DNA of 64,000 bases from an uncultured Collinsella sp. (GCA_900751755.1 CAADSP010000075.1:13916-77915), one strand, 5' to 3'. Counted from the stretch's first letter, positions 1 through 10,341 are shown. Notes: generated by a model from the sequence alone, not told the origin. Translations and numbers: made by a program.

Positions 1-737
1 ACACCTTCGGCACCCCGTATCTGTTCCGTCCGCTGGAGCATGGTGCCAACATCGTCGTCCACTCCGCAACCAAGTTTATCGGCGGCCACGGCACCTCGCT
101 GGGCGGTGTGATCGTCGACGGCGGTAACTTCGATTGGAAGGCGAGTGGCAAGTACGCCCAGATCGCTGAGCCCAACCCCTCCTACCACGGTGTTTCGTTT
201 TCCGAGGCTGCCGGTCCCGCCGCCTTCGCAACCTATGTTCGCGCTATCCTGCTGCGTGACGAGGGCGCCTGCATCAGCCCGTTCAACGCCTGGGTCCTGC
301 TCCAGGGCACCGAGACTCTGTCGCTGCGCGTTGACCGTCATGTCGAGAACACCAAGAAGGTCGTTGAGTTCCTGACCGGTGACAGCCACGTCGCCAAGGT
401 GAACCACCCGAGCCTGCCCGAGCATCCCGACCATGAGCTGTACCAGAAGTACTTCCCCAACGGCGGTGCCTCGATCTTTACCTTTGAGGTTAAGGGTGGC
501 CAGGAGGCAGCTTGGAAGTTCATCGATCATCTGCAGGTGTTCTCGCTGCTCGCCAACGTGGCCGACGTCAAGTCGCTCGTCGTGCACCCGGCTACCACCA
601 CGCACTCCCAGCTCTCTGCCGAGGAGCTCGCCGAGCAGAACATCACGCCCTCCACGATCCGTCTTTCCATCGGTACCGAGAACGCCGAGGACATCATTTG
701 GGATCTGAAGCAGGCCTTCGCCGCGCTGGACGAGTAA
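1..737 (+). CDS. 3' portion of Cys/Met-metabolism PLP enzyme, likely O-acetylhomoserine sulfhydrylase (5' end outside window)
   Basis: In-frame translation from nt 3 gives [24 protein letters not shown] (PLP-lysine SATK motif). The open frame continues to the window edge. Confidence 0.85.
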   Translation, partial: TFGTPYLFRPLEHGANIVVHSATKFIGGHGTSLGGVIVDGGNFDWKASGKYAQIAEPNPSYHGVSFSEAAGPAAFATYVRAILLRDEGACISPFNAWVLLQGTETLSLRVDRHVENTKKVVEFLTGDSHVAKVNHPSLPEHPDHELYQKYFPNGGASIFTFEVKGGQEAAWKFIDHLQVFSLLANVADVKSLVVHPATTTHSQLSAEELAEQNITPSTIRLSIGTENAEDIIWDLKQAFAALDE

Positions 738-796
738 GGCGACTTGTGCAAGGACCCCTTGCGACTCGATGGTATAACTGCATTAAATGCCTGCTC

Positions 797-838
797 AAGG
801 CGCCTGTGCGAACAATGGTCGCACCGGCGCCTTTTTTG
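797..838 (+). terminator. Rho-independent terminator after sulfhydrylase gene
   Basis: 15-bp stem AAGGCGCCTGTGCGA/TCGCACCGGCGCCTT (1 mismatch), 7-nt loop, then TTTTTT. Confidence 0.8.
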
Positions 839-1048
839 CATAGAGAGGGTGCAAAAACAGGGTTTTTGGCACGCTTTATGCATTCGAGTTGTGGAAAACT
901 CCTGTTGAGAGGATGTGAGTTTTACGCAATTGACGTGCACCTTTTGAGTAAAACCGCAGGTCGCGATTTGCTCGGGGTACTATGCAGCGCGATCGAATCA
1001 CACACAGCTCAAACGCAGCAAAAACGCACTACGGAGGTTTCCAGCTAC

Positions 1049-1825
1049 ATGAGGATTGATTCACGAAAACCGAAAGCCGCCGCCCTTTCCGCCGCTCTGA
1101 CCGTGGCACTTTTGACGGGCGCCGGCGCAACTGATGTCCACGCGGCAACACTATCCGATACGGTCGGATCCACGCCGTCCGAGGCGACGCTGATGCAGCC
1201 CGTCGACTATCGCGGCGACGGCTTTGGCTCCATGCAGGAGTGGAACGCCTCTATGGGGGCCAAGCGCGATTCCCTAGAGGTTCGCGCCCAGATCATCATG
1301 AACATGTACGGTGACTATGCCACCGATGACGAGCGCGCTGTACTGCAAGGTTGTATCGATGGTGCGGGCAGTCTTTTGACGATGGAGGAGGTCGACGCGA
1401 AGTCGACCGAGCTCGATGAGCTGCGCACGACGCTTGAGGATGCCAAGCGTGAGGCGCTCGAGGTTGCGGCCGCCGAAGCCGAGGCCGCTGAGGCCGTTCA
1501 GGCTTTGTATTACAACGCCGGCTCCGGCTCGTCTTACGCGTCTGCTGCGTATTACGCGAACGGCTCGGGCCTGACGCGCTCGAGCGGCGTCAATAACTAT
1601 AACGGTCGTCGTGAGACCTATTACAGCAGCAACGTGCTCTACCATCACCGCACGGGCGAGTGGACTCAGGATTCCGAGGGCTTTTGGCGCGATTCCGATG
1701 GTTACTACGTCGTTGCCGCGGGCGATAAGGCTCAGGGCTCCACGTTTACCGGTTCCAAGGGCGAGTGCAAGGTCTATGACTCCGGCTGCGCAGCCGGAAC
1801 CACCGACTACTATACCGGTTGGTAA
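1049..1825 (+). CDS. Secreted protein of unknown function (signal peptide, Gly/Tyr-rich C-terminus)
   Basis: GGAGG 9 nt upstream of the ATG. N-terminus MRIDSRKPKAAALSAALTVALLTGAGATDVHAA is signal-peptide-like. The longer track ORF from 512 would overlap the upstream gene. Confidence 0.6.
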   Translation: MRIDSRKPKAAALSAALTVALLTGAGATDVHAATLSDTVGSTPSEATLMQPVDYRGDGFGSMQEWNASMGAKRDSLEVRAQIIMNMYGDYATDDERAVLQGCIDGAGSLLTMEEVDAKSTELDELRTTLEDAKREALEVAAAEAEAAEAVQALYYNAGSGSSYASAAYYANGSGLTRSSGVNNYNGRRETYYSSNVLYHHRTGEWTQDSEGFWRDSDGYYVVAAGDKAQGSTFTGSKGECKVYDSGCAAGTTDYYTGW

Positions 1826-2013
1826 TCTGCCATAAGCCAATAGGACATGACGGGCGGGCGTCTTTACCGAGCCTTTGGGCAACGTAAGGGCGTCCGTTTT
1901 TTTGTGCATGCTTGAGCTAACAGAGCGCTTACCGTGGCAGTACGCCGCGCATATGGGCGCGGGGCACACTGGTTCTTGAGAATTAAGGTCTTTCTCTTGG
2001 AGGAAGTGGTCTT

Positions 2014-2220
2014 GTGAACGCTCGAGATATCGCCGTTGCCGCCGTCGCATTGGTGCTTGGCTGCCTTGGTCCTACGGCCGCGCTCGTTGCGGGCATGCAG
2101 GGGGCATGCGGGGCTACTCCAACCGTGGTTGGCGCGCTGATCGCAGCGGCGCTGCTGGGAAGCGCCGGCGTGCTGCTTTGCCGCGATGACGAGGACGAGG
2201 TGCCGGAGTCGCAACGCTAA
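2014..2220 (+). CDS. Small hydrophobic protein (68 aa), hypothetical
   Basis: GTG start 10 nt after GGAGG. Ala/Leu-rich hydrophobic peptide with an acidic tail. A terminator follows. Confidence 0.35.
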   Translation: MNARDIAVAAVALVLGCLGPTAALVAGMQGACGATPTVVGALIAAALLGSAGVLLCRDDEDEVPESQR

Positions 2221-2257
2221 CTGTTGAGAGATTGGCCGCCGGTCATAGACGAAGATG

Positions 2258-2297
2258 AAAGCCGCCGCAGGGGGAACGGTTTCCTTGCGGCGGCTTT
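2258..2297. terminator. Bidirectional hairpin terminator between small ORF and panE
   Basis: 12-bp stem AAAGCCGCCGCA/TGCGGCGGCTTT with an A-tract upstream and a T-tract downstream. Confidence 0.7.
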
Positions 2298-2330
2298 GCT
2301 GTTAAGGCTGTTGAATGCGGTGCGTTGGCG

Positions 2331-3254
2331 CTACCAGCTTTTCTCGATATCGAGAATGCGTCGATAGAGCCAATCGTTTTGCGGCACCTGGATATCGTGT
2401 TTGGCTGCGAGGCGGCAGATGGTGCCCGCGAACTCATCAACCTCGGTTTTGCGCCTTGCGATGCGGTCTTGAGCCATCGAGGGCATACCGGCGGGGTCGA
2501 TTCCCTCGATGAGGTGCACCATTTGCGTCAGGTCTGCCTCGGTCAGCTCAATGCCCTCGGCGTTAGCGACCGCAAGCGTTTCGCGCATGGCGGAAACAAA
2601 GCAGCGACGCTGCTCGGAGCCCGGCTCCGTGGCGCTTCCGTAGGTCCCGCCGTAGGCCATGCAGGTCTGGTTGACGCCGTCGTTGAGCATGAGTTTGGCC
2701 CACATGCGGTGCGCAATGTCGCTCTCGACGGTATGGGCGACGCCGCAGCGCGTATAGAGCTCGTCGATGGTGGTAACGGTTGCGGGCTCGGTGCCCGCTG
2801 CCGCGCCAAAGCGAATCTCGCCCGCATTGGTAAAGGTGAGCTCTCCGTTGAGGAACACGGCGTCCATGCCTTGGCAGATGCCCAGGACGGTGTGCTCCCA
2901 GCCAAAGCGCTCGGCAATCTTTTGCTCGCTCGTAATGCCGTTGCACAGCGAGGCGATGAGCGTATTGGGGCCCACGATGTGTTCCATAGTCTTGAGCGCC
3001 TGGTCGAGTCCAGTCGTCTTGACCGTGAGAATGACCAGATCGGCGGGCGTTGCCTCGCTGGCGCGCACGGACTTGAGTGCGCAGGGCTCGCCGTTGACCG
3101 TAAGGGCGTCGCCTGCGTGACGCTCGAAACGGGCGTCGTCCATGACGTATTCGACGGCATCGTCGCCGAGTGCCTGGGCGATCATGCTGCCGTAGAGTAG
3201 CCCGACGCCGCCCTTGCCGATAAAGGCGACCTTGTTGATCTGCATGTGAATCAT
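2331..3254 (-). CDS. panE: 2-dehydropantoate 2-reductase (ketopantoate reductase)
   Basis: N-terminal Rossmann motif KVAFIGKGGVGLLYG, ApbA/PanE-like overall, 307 aa. The upstream leader reads GAGGAGATGATTCACATG. Confidence 0.8.
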   Translation of the reverse strand: MIHMQINKVAFIGKGGVGLLYGSMIAQALGDDAVEYVMDDARFERHAGDALTVNGEPCALKSVRASEATPADLVILTVKTTGLDQALKTMEHIVGPNTLIASLCNGITSEQKIAERFGWEHTVLGICQGMDAVFLNGELTFTNAGEIRFGAAAGTEPATVTTIDELYTRCGVAHTVESDIAHRMWAKLMLNDGVNQTCMAYGGTYGSATEPGSEQRRCFVSAMRETLAVANAEGIELTEADLTQMVHLIEGIDPAGMPSMAQDRIARRKTEVDEFAGTICRLAAKHDIQVPQNDWLYRRILDIEKSW

Positions 3255-3260
3255 CTCCTC

Positions 3261-3290
3261 ATATAAAAGGCGCCCGCGTAAGGGGCGCCT
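3261..3290 (-). terminator. Terminator or attenuator hairpin in the panE leader, read on the minus strand
   Basis: On the minus strand, stem AGGCGCCC/GGGCGCCT is followed by TTTTATAT. Confidence 0.55.
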
Positions 3291-3368
3291 GATGGATTGT
3301 ATGCTGCCAGGGTGATCGGTGGATGCGCGGGGCTGCTGTTATGAAAAAGAAACTATTGCACTGTGCGC

Positions 3369-3563
3369 TTATGCCGTGGAACAGGCCGCGAAAACGCGTG
3401 CGGGATATCCAACGCCATCGCGCATCTTGGGGAAGGTGCAGAAGATGACGGCGCCCATGGCGGGAAGCTCGTCCAGATGGTCCATGACCTCGATCTGATA
3501 GCGGTCGACCGAGAGGATGTATTGCTCGCCGGGATAGGGGTGGGCATCCTCACGTGTGGTCAC
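3369..3563 (-). CDS. Small hypothetical protein (64 aa)
   Basis: GTG start preceded by GAAGGGAGG with a 5-nt spacer. Its own downstream hairpin plus T-tract sits at 3261..3290. No recognisable domain. Confidence 0.4.
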   Translation of the reverse strand: MTTREDAHPYPGEQYILSVDRYQIEVMDHLDELPAMGAVIFCTFPKMRDGVGYPARVFAACSTA

Positions 3564-3707
3564 GCTCGCCTCCCTTCATCGGGCTTTTTGCTGATGTTAA
3601 AGCGGTGCCGTGACAGCTCGATTTCTGCTGCGTTACGATACGTTCTCGATTGCGATTCCACGATGTTTCGGCCGCGTGACCATTGTGTTTCGCCTTGCCG
3701 AGCGCTG

Positions 3708-4916
3708 ATGGCGAAGGGAGGGTCCGTGCAATACCGCGTTGACCCCAAAAGTGGTAACCGAATATCTGCTCTGGGTCTGGGCTGCATGAGGTTTCCCGGT
3801 GCGCCGGGACATCCCGATGCGAAGACGGCCGATGCCATCATTTCCCGTGCGGTGGAGCAGGGGATTAATTATCTGGATACCGCGTATCTCTATCCCGGCA
3901 ACGAGGTGTGCGTGGGCGCCTCGCTTGAGCGCTTGGGACTGCGCGACCGGGTGTTGCTGGCGACTAAGTTGCCGCACGCTTCGTGTACTTGCGCAGAGGA
4001 TTTCGACCGTTTCTTTGACGAACAGCTGCGTCGGCTACGGACCGACCGTATCGACTATTACCTTATGCACAACATTACCTCGCCCGCCCAGTGGGAACGT
4101 GTGGTGGCGTTGGGCATCGAGGACTGGATCGCGCGTCAAAAGGCGGCGGGGCGCATTCGCCAGATTGGTTTTTCGTATCACGGCAGCGCGGGGGATTTCC
4201 TGACGGTGCTTGACGCATATGACTGGGATTTTTGCCAGATCCAGTACAACTATGCCGGCGAGCGTTACCAAGCGGGAACGGCAGGACTCATGGCGGCTGC
4301 GGAGCGCGGTCTTGCGGTGTTTGTGATGGAGCCACTGCTGGGCGGTCGTCTAGCGGGCAAACTTCCGCCGCGGGCACGCGCTGTGCTCGATGGCGCCCGT
4401 GACCCGCATTTGCGCACTCCGGCCGCCTGGGGGCTTTCGTGGGTGTGGAACCATCCTCAGGTGACGATGCTGCTTTCGGGTATGACCGATACCGCGCAAG
4501 TGGATGAGAACGCGGCGTTGGCCGATCGGGCCCTGCCGGATTCGATGACGGCTGCTCAGCTCGATGCCATCGCACGCGTGCTGAGGGAGTTTGAAAAATC
4601 GAATCGCGTGCCCTGCACGGGATGCGGCTATTGCATGCCGTGTCCTAAAGGCATCAATATCCCTGGGTGTTTTGCTGCCTACAACGCAAGCTATGCGCAC
4701 AGCTGGTTTACGGGGCTGTCTCAATACTTTACGGCGAGCGCGGTGCGGACGAACGAGCCCAAGCTGGTGAGCAATTGCGTCAAGTGCGGCAAATGCGCGC
4801 GGCATTGCCCGCAGCACATCGATATCCCCGGGCGCTTGGACGACGTACGCCGCCGTTTTCAGCCTGGCCCCGTGACGGCGGTGCTTAAGGCCTTCGGCAA
4901 AACGCGCTCCTCGTGA
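3708..4916 (+). CDS. Aldo/keto reductase with C-terminal 2x[4Fe-4S] ferredoxin domain
   Basis: AKR signature (LGLGCMRF, IDYYLMH) plus CTGCGYCMPCP and CVKCGKCARHCP cysteine clusters. The true start may be the GTG at 3726, 4 nt after AGGGAGGG. Confidence 0.8.
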   Translation: MAKGGSVQYRVDPKSGNRISALGLGCMRFPGAPGHPDAKTADAIISRAVEQGINYLDTAYLYPGNEVCVGASLERLGLRDRVLLATKLPHASCTCAEDFDRFFDEQLRRLRTDRIDYYLMHNITSPAQWERVVALGIEDWIARQKAAGRIRQIGFSYHGSAGDFLTVLDAYDWDFCQIQYNYAGERYQAGTAGLMAAAERGLAVFVMEPLLGGRLAGKLPPRARAVLDGARDPHLRTPAAWGLSWVWNHPQVTMLLSGMTDTAQVDENAALADRALPDSMTAAQLDAIARVLREFEKSNRVPCTGCGYCMPCPKGINIPGCFAAYNASYAHSWFTGLSQYFTASAVRTNEPKLVSNCVKCGKCARHCPQHIDIPGRLDDVRRRFQPGPVTAVLKAFGKTRSS

Positions 4917-4995
4917 CCCTTTTATAACTTGCGGTGGAATAGTTCCTGCTTGCGGCAGAATAAGGCATCGACAGGAACTATTTCACCGCAACTGA
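4917..4995 (+). repeat. 79-nt palindromic leader element, copy A
   Basis: 78/79 identical to 6104..6182. A 20-bp stem TTGCGGTGGAATAGTTCCTG/CAGGAACTATTTCACCGCAA with a 23-nt loop. Starts right after the AKR stop and ends just before the RBS of the next gene. Confidence 0.85.
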
Positions 4996-5006
4996 AGGGG
5001 GCTGTC

Positions 5007-6026
5007 GTGGGCCATCGGGATTCATGTGATGATTTGCGTGAGGTTCGTTGGGGCGTTTTGGGCGCTGGACGCATTTCTCATCGATTTGCATCGTCGCTCA
5101 AGAAGGTCGACGGGGCACGGCTGGTGGCTGCGGCCGGTCGCACCCCTTCGCATGTTGAGGAGTTTTGCAGGGCGTTTTCGATTGATGCCGCGCACAGTTA
5201 TGCCACGGCTGACGATAGCGGCGATGCGGCTTATGATGCGCTGATTGCCGACCCCGATGTCGACGTAATCTACTTGGCTCTTCCACATGGCATGCATGCG
5301 CATTGGGTCTGTCGGGCACTGCGCGCGGGAAAGGCCGTGCTGTGCGAAAAGCCGGCCGTTTTGAACGAAGAAGAGGCTCTCTCGATTGCCTCCACCTCTC
5401 GCGAGCGCGGCGTGCTGTTTATGGAGGCGATGAAAAATCGGTTTTGTCCGATGCGTACTCGCGTGAAGGGCTTGCTTGCGTCTGGCGAGCTCGGCCGTAT
5501 CGTCTCGATTGAAAGCGTGCAAAAACTCGATTATGGTGAGCCCCCTTCGAGTTATCTGCTCGACCCATTGCAGGGTGGCTGTCTATATGACATGGGCTGC
5601 TATGCGGTCGGTTGGTTTGAGGATTTGCTCGCGGGCGCGTGCGAGGTTTCGTCCCATGAAGTTCGCTGGCGTGACGTATCGGGCGGCCGCGTCGATTGGG
5701 CCGACGAGGTCCATATGAGCGTCGGCGGTATACCCATTCATATGGTGTGTGACGGCAAAGCAGCATATGAAAGCCGCTTAACGATTGCCTGCGAGCGGGG
5801 TTCGTTGGAAATCGAGCGCCTCCATCGCCCCGAGCTCGCCCATGTGAAGTACTCCGACGGACGAATGCTCGAAATAAATGCCCCGTTTGAGGTCGATGAT
5901 TTCTACGGCGAAATCCAGCATGCGACCCAGCTCATCCGGGCGGGGAAACACGAGAGCCCCGTCATGCCCCTTGCCGCCACACAGCGCTGCGCGCGCATTA
6001 TCGATGCAATCCGTCTAGCCCTCTAG
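5007..6026 (+). CDS. Gfo/Idh/MocA family NAD(P)-dependent oxidoreductase
   Basis: GTG start 5 nt after AAGGGGG. N-terminus RWGVLGAGRISHRF is a Rossmann motif. The extension to 4929 would translate the repeat element. Confidence 0.75.
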   Translation: MGHRDSCDDLREVRWGVLGAGRISHRFASSLKKVDGARLVAAAGRTPSHVEEFCRAFSIDAAHSYATADDSGDAAYDALIADPDVDVIYLALPHGMHAHWVCRALRAGKAVLCEKPAVLNEEEALSIASTSRERGVLFMEAMKNRFCPMRTRVKGLLASGELGRIVSIESVQKLDYGEPPSSYLLDPLQGGCLYDMGCYAVGWFEDLLAGACEVSSHEVRWRDVSGGRVDWADEVHMSVGGIPIHMVCDGKAAYESRLTIACERGSLEIERLHRPELAHVKYSDGRMLEINAPFEVDDFYGEIQHATQLIRAGKHESPVMPLAATQRCARIIDAIRLAL

Positions 6027-6103
6027 GACCTGGCGCTGACGCGTGAGGGATCATGACGCCGGCGCCCGTAGCCGTAGTGCTCGGTGGCCCGCATCTCTGA
6101 TGC

Positions 6104-6182
6104 CCCTTTTATAACTTGCGGTGGAATAGTTCCTGTTTGCGGCAGAATAAGGCATCGACAGGAACTATTTCACCGCAACTGA
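6104..6182 (+). repeat. 79-nt palindromic leader element, copy B
   Basis: Near-identical to 4917..4995. Followed by GAGGGGGAG and the nfo ATG. Confidence 0.85.
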
Positions 6183-6198
6183 TGAGGGGGAGCTGGGG

Positions 6199-7065
6199 AT
6201 GCTGACGATCGGATGTCATCTATCCACGACGAAGGGCTATCGGGCGATGGGGGAGACGGCGTTGTCAATTGGCGCCAATACCTTTGCATTCTTTACGCGC
6301 AACCCGCGCGGCGGCAAGGCGAAAGACCTTGACATGGATGACGTGGCCGCCCTGCGCGAGCTTATGGAACAGAACGATTTTGGCCCGCTTGTGGCTCATG
6401 CCCCGTATACCTATAACCCCTGCTCGGCCAAAGAGCGGGCGCGCGAGTTTGCCTTGGAGGCCATGGCGGAGGACCTGCGGCGCATGGAAGCGCTGCCCGG
6501 CAACTACTACAACTTCCATCCCGGTGCGCATGTGGGGCAGGGCTCCGACGCCGGCATTCAGATGATCGTCGACACCCTGTGCCAGGTGATGTTTGAGGGC
6601 CAACAGACGACGGTGCTGCTCGAGACCATGGCCGGCAAGGGCACCGAGGTGGGCCGCAGCTTTGAGGAACTGGCACTCATCATCCAGGGCGTTGCCGACA
6701 AGTGTCCCGAGCTGTCGGCCAAGTTGGGCGTTTGCTTGGACACCTGCCATGTGAATGACGCCGGCTACGACATCGTCCACGATCTTGAAGGCGTGCTCGA
6801 CGAGTTCGATCGTGTGGTGGGTATCGAGCGCCTGCGCGCCGTGCATATCAATGACTCCAAGAACCCCTGCGGCGCCCATAAGGACCGCCACGAATGCATC
6901 GGTAAGGGCTACCTGGGTAGCGAAGAGTTTGGCGGCGGTATGCAGGTTATGCAGAATATTGTATCGAATGGCCGCTTGCGCGCATTGCCATTCATTTTGG
7001 AGACACCGAACGAACTTGCAGGTTATGCGGCTGAAATCAAATTGTTAAGGTCATTGCAGCAGTGA
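6199..7065 (+). CDS. nfo: Endonuclease IV (AP endonuclease, deoxyribonuclease IV)
   Basis: Xylose-isomerase-like TIM barrel with Nfo metal-ligand motifs (HAPY, ETMAGKG, CLDTCH, HINDSK), 288 aa. Confidence 0.85.
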   Translation: MLTIGCHLSTTKGYRAMGETALSIGANTFAFFTRNPRGGKAKDLDMDDVAALRELMEQNDFGPLVAHAPYTYNPCSAKERAREFALEAMAEDLRRMEALPGNYYNFHPGAHVGQGSDAGIQMIVDTLCQVMFEGQQTTVLLETMAGKGTEVGRSFEELALIIQGVADKCPELSAKLGVCLDTCHVNDAGYDIVHDLEGVLDEFDRVVGIERLRAVHINDSKNPCGAHKDRHECIGKGYLGSEEFGGGMQVMQNIVSNGRLRALPFILETPNELAGYAAEIKLLRSLQQ

Positions 7066-7212
7066 TGACTGTCATAAAGTGGAGTGCTCCATTCACGTTA
7101 TGGGTTTGTTTCAATCAGTTTTCTAATTGCGGATTCTTCCAAGCGGGTGCATAATAACCCTCAGTTTTTGCAGATCCCTGAATCACGTGGGGTCATTGGA
7201 AGGAGACTGATT

Positions 7213-8073
7213 ATGAAGCTGAAGAAGCTTGGCGCATTTGCCGCCACGGGTGCTATGGCGCTCGCCCTTGCTCTGACGGGCTGCGGCTCGTCCAACGCCA
7301 CCTCTGGTTCTGATGCCAGTTCCAGCAGCTCTGACGACGCTAAGGTCGAGAAGGTCGACGGTTCCAAGGAGTACGCGCTCGTCAAGGACGGTACGCTGAC
7401 CGTCGGCACCTCTGCCGAGTACGCTCCGTTTGAGTACAAGGATGACAACGGCGATTATCAGGGCTTTGACCTTGAGCTCATCAAGGCTATCGGCGACAAG
7501 CTGGGCCTGGATGTCGAGTATGTCAACAATGACTTTGACACGCTGGTTCCGGGCGTCGCTTCGGGCGCTAAGTATGACGTCTCCATCGCGGCTATCACCG
7601 ACACGCCCGAGCGTGAGAAGGAAGTCACTTTCTCCGATTCCTACTACATGGACGATCAGGCTATCGTGACCAAGGTCGATAACACCGACATCACGGCCGA
7701 CAACTACAGCGAGAAGCTCAACAACGCCGACGCTACCATCATCGTCCAGTCTGGCTCGACCGCCGAGTCCTTTGCCCAGGAGAACTTCCCCAAGGCCAAG
7801 ATTGTCCCCTACAAGGACGCCACCGAGTGCTTCAGCGCCCTGCAGTCCGATAAGGGCGACGCCGTAGTCACCAACCGCTCCGTTGCCAGCCAGCTGACCG
7901 CCGAGCAGTTCAACACCTGCCAGACCATTAAGCAGATCAGCACCGGCGAGGAGTACGCCATCGCCATCAACCAGGGCAACACCAAGCTCAAGGACGATAT
8001 CAACCAGGCCATCAAGGACCTGACTGACAACGGTACCGTTGACGCCCTCATGGCTAAGTACAACATCAAGTAA
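7213..8073 (+). CDS. ABC transporter substrate-binding lipoprotein (polar amino acid, family 3 SBP)
   Basis: GGAAGGAG RBS. Signal peptide plus lipobox LTGCGS. SBP_bac_3-like body. Confidence 0.75.
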   Translation: MKLKKLGAFAATGAMALALALTGCGSSNATSGSDASSSSSDDAKVEKVDGSKEYALVKDGTLTVGTSAEYAPFEYKDDNGDYQGFDLELIKAIGDKLGLDVEYVNNDFDTLVPGVASGAKYDVSIAAITDTPEREKEVTFSDSYYMDDQAIVTKVDNTDITADNYSEKLNNADATIIVQSGSTAESFAQENFPKAKIVPYKDATECFSALQSDKGDAVVTNRSVASQLTAEQFNTCQTIKQISTGEEYAIAINQGNTKLKDDINQAIKDLTDNGTVDALMAKYNIK

Positions 8074-8099
8074 ATAGATGCTTGATTGCGCGTAGGCCC

Positions 8100-8133
8100 T
8101 TTCCGTTTTGCGGAGAGGGCCTTTGCGCTTCTC
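8100..8133 (+). terminator. Intercistronic hairpin (partial terminator/attenuator) between SBP and permease genes
   Basis: Stem GGCCCTTTCCG/CGGAGAGGGCC (1 mismatch) followed by TTT. Confidence 0.4.
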
Positions 8134-8189
8134 TCGACGGAGAGCGTTTCCGTCTCGTTTTGCCGGCAACTTCTACGATAGGAGCCACC

Positions 8190-9551
8190 TTGTCTCGACT
8201 GAACAAAGGGGCCGCAGAGCAGTGTTTTCCACTGCCCGCCTTGCTCCAAAAGCTAGTCTGCGTCATGGCCGTGGCGCTCGCGCTGGTGTGCGCGGGGGCA
8301 TATGCGCCCACGACCGCCCAGGCGCTTGAGACCGCAAAGATTACCGCCCGACCCAACACCGGTTCGGGCAGCGCTGTGGTCGGCGGCACCGAGACGCGCA
8401 TTACCTGGGAAGTTCAGGCCGATGCCGACGAGGAGCTGAGCGGTCTTTCTCTGACGTTTGTCGACGGCACAACGTTTGGTACCGATGACACGCGATTGAC
8501 GATGCTCTCGGGCGAGGACCTCATGGATCGTACGCCCATGAAGTCCACGTGCAAGGCTGACGGCCAGACGCTCAAGATTGACTTTGGCGAGACGGCGCCT
8601 GCCGGCGGCTTTTTCCGTGTCGAGGTTTACGGCGTGACGTTTCCCGTCGAGGGCGGCGAAGAGGCCTTTAGCGGCACCTATACGCTTGCCGACGGTTCGA
8701 CCAAGAAGATTTCCAAGATTCCTTCCGTCGAGATCAAGGGCGTGACGGCATTCGATAACTTCCTGGCCGATCTTAAGGAGCAGCCGTGGGTCGAGGCCTG
8801 GAACTCCAATATGTTCCTGCGCCTGTTCTTGAACCCGGTCATTTTGGTCCAGAGCCTGCCGATCGTCTTCAAAGGCTTCCTCATGTCGCTCTCGATTGTG
8901 CTCGTGGCGTTTCCGCTGGCAATTCCCTTTGGCTTTGCCCTGTCGCTCATGCGCATCTCCAAGTCGCGCATCCTGCGTTGCCTTGCCGGCATCTACGTGA
9001 ATATCATCCGCGGTACGCCGGCGTTCCTGCAGATCTATATTGCATTCTTTGGCCTGCCGCTTGCCGGCGTCAAGGTGGACGACTATGTCTTGGGCGTCAT
9101 CGTCATGGCCATGAACTCGTCCGCCTACCTGTGCGAGATCTTCCGCGCCGGTATTCAGTCGATCCCCAAGGGCCAGAATGAGGCTGCTCGCTCGCTGGGC
9201 ATGAACGCCTTCCAGACGCTGCTCTACGTCATGATTCCGCAGACGTTCCGCAATGTCCTGCCTACGTTGACCAGCGAGTTCATCCTGCTTTACAAGGATA
9301 CGTCGCTGCTCGCGGCCGTGGGCGTGGTCGAGATCGTCATGAACGCCCGCACCATCGTGGCCACGACGGGCTCCATTACGCCGTATGTGGTTGCCGCCCT
9401 GTTCTATCTGGTCATTACCCTGCCGCTTGCGCGCTTGGTGAGCGGTCTTGAGGCGAGGCTGCTGGGTACGGCCGAAACCAAAAAGAAGCGTCCCACCAAG
9501 AGCGCCGGACAGGTTGTCGCGACGCCCGCCGACCATATCGCTGGTCTGTAA
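8190..9551 (+). CDS. Amino-acid ABC transporter permease fused to an N-terminal ~200-aa extracytoplasmic domain of unknown function
   Basis: TTG start 5 nt after GGAG. Signal/TM segment, then a beta-rich domain, then a HisM/GlnP-type permease core (EAA-like GTPAFLQIYIAFFGLP). The start is uncertain; alternative ATG near 8262. Confidence 0.65.
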   Translation: MSRLNKGAAEQCFPLPALLQKLVCVMAVALALVCAGAYAPTTAQALETAKITARPNTGSGSAVVGGTETRITWEVQADADEELSGLSLTFVDGTTFGTDDTRLTMLSGEDLMDRTPMKSTCKADGQTLKIDFGETAPAGGFFRVEVYGVTFPVEGGEEAFSGTYTLADGSTKKISKIPSVEIKGVTAFDNFLADLKEQPWVEAWNSNMFLRLFLNPVILVQSLPIVFKGFLMSLSIVLVAFPLAIPFGFALSLMRISKSRILRCLAGIYVNIIRGTPAFLQIYIAFFGLPLAGVKVDDYVLGVIVMAMNSSAYLCEIFRAGIQSIPKGQNEAARSLGMNAFQTLLYVMIPQTFRNVLPTLTSEFILLYKDTSLLAAVGVVEIVMNARTIVATTGSITPYVVAALFYLVITLPLARLVSGLEARLLGTAETKKKRPTKSAGQVVATPADHIAGL

Positions 9552-9563
9552 GGAGGTTCTATC

Positions 9564-10316
<753 letters not shown>

Positions 10317-10341
10317 CTGCTTTATATGACTGACATAGCAG

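Noticed and set aside
512-1048. 5' extension of the secreted-protein ORF (track start 512)
   Set aside because: It would overlap the 3' end of the sulfhydrylase gene and cross its terminator. The RBS and signal peptide support the ATG at 1049.
4929-5006. Upstream extension of the Gfo/Idh/MocA ORF
   Set aside because: It would translate through the conserved 79-nt hairpin element. The GTG at 5007 has a proper SD and gives the canonical Rossmann N-terminus.
8253-9536. 427-aa minus-strand ORF
   Set aside because: Antisense of the ABC permease gene. Arg/Gly/Asp-rich artefact.
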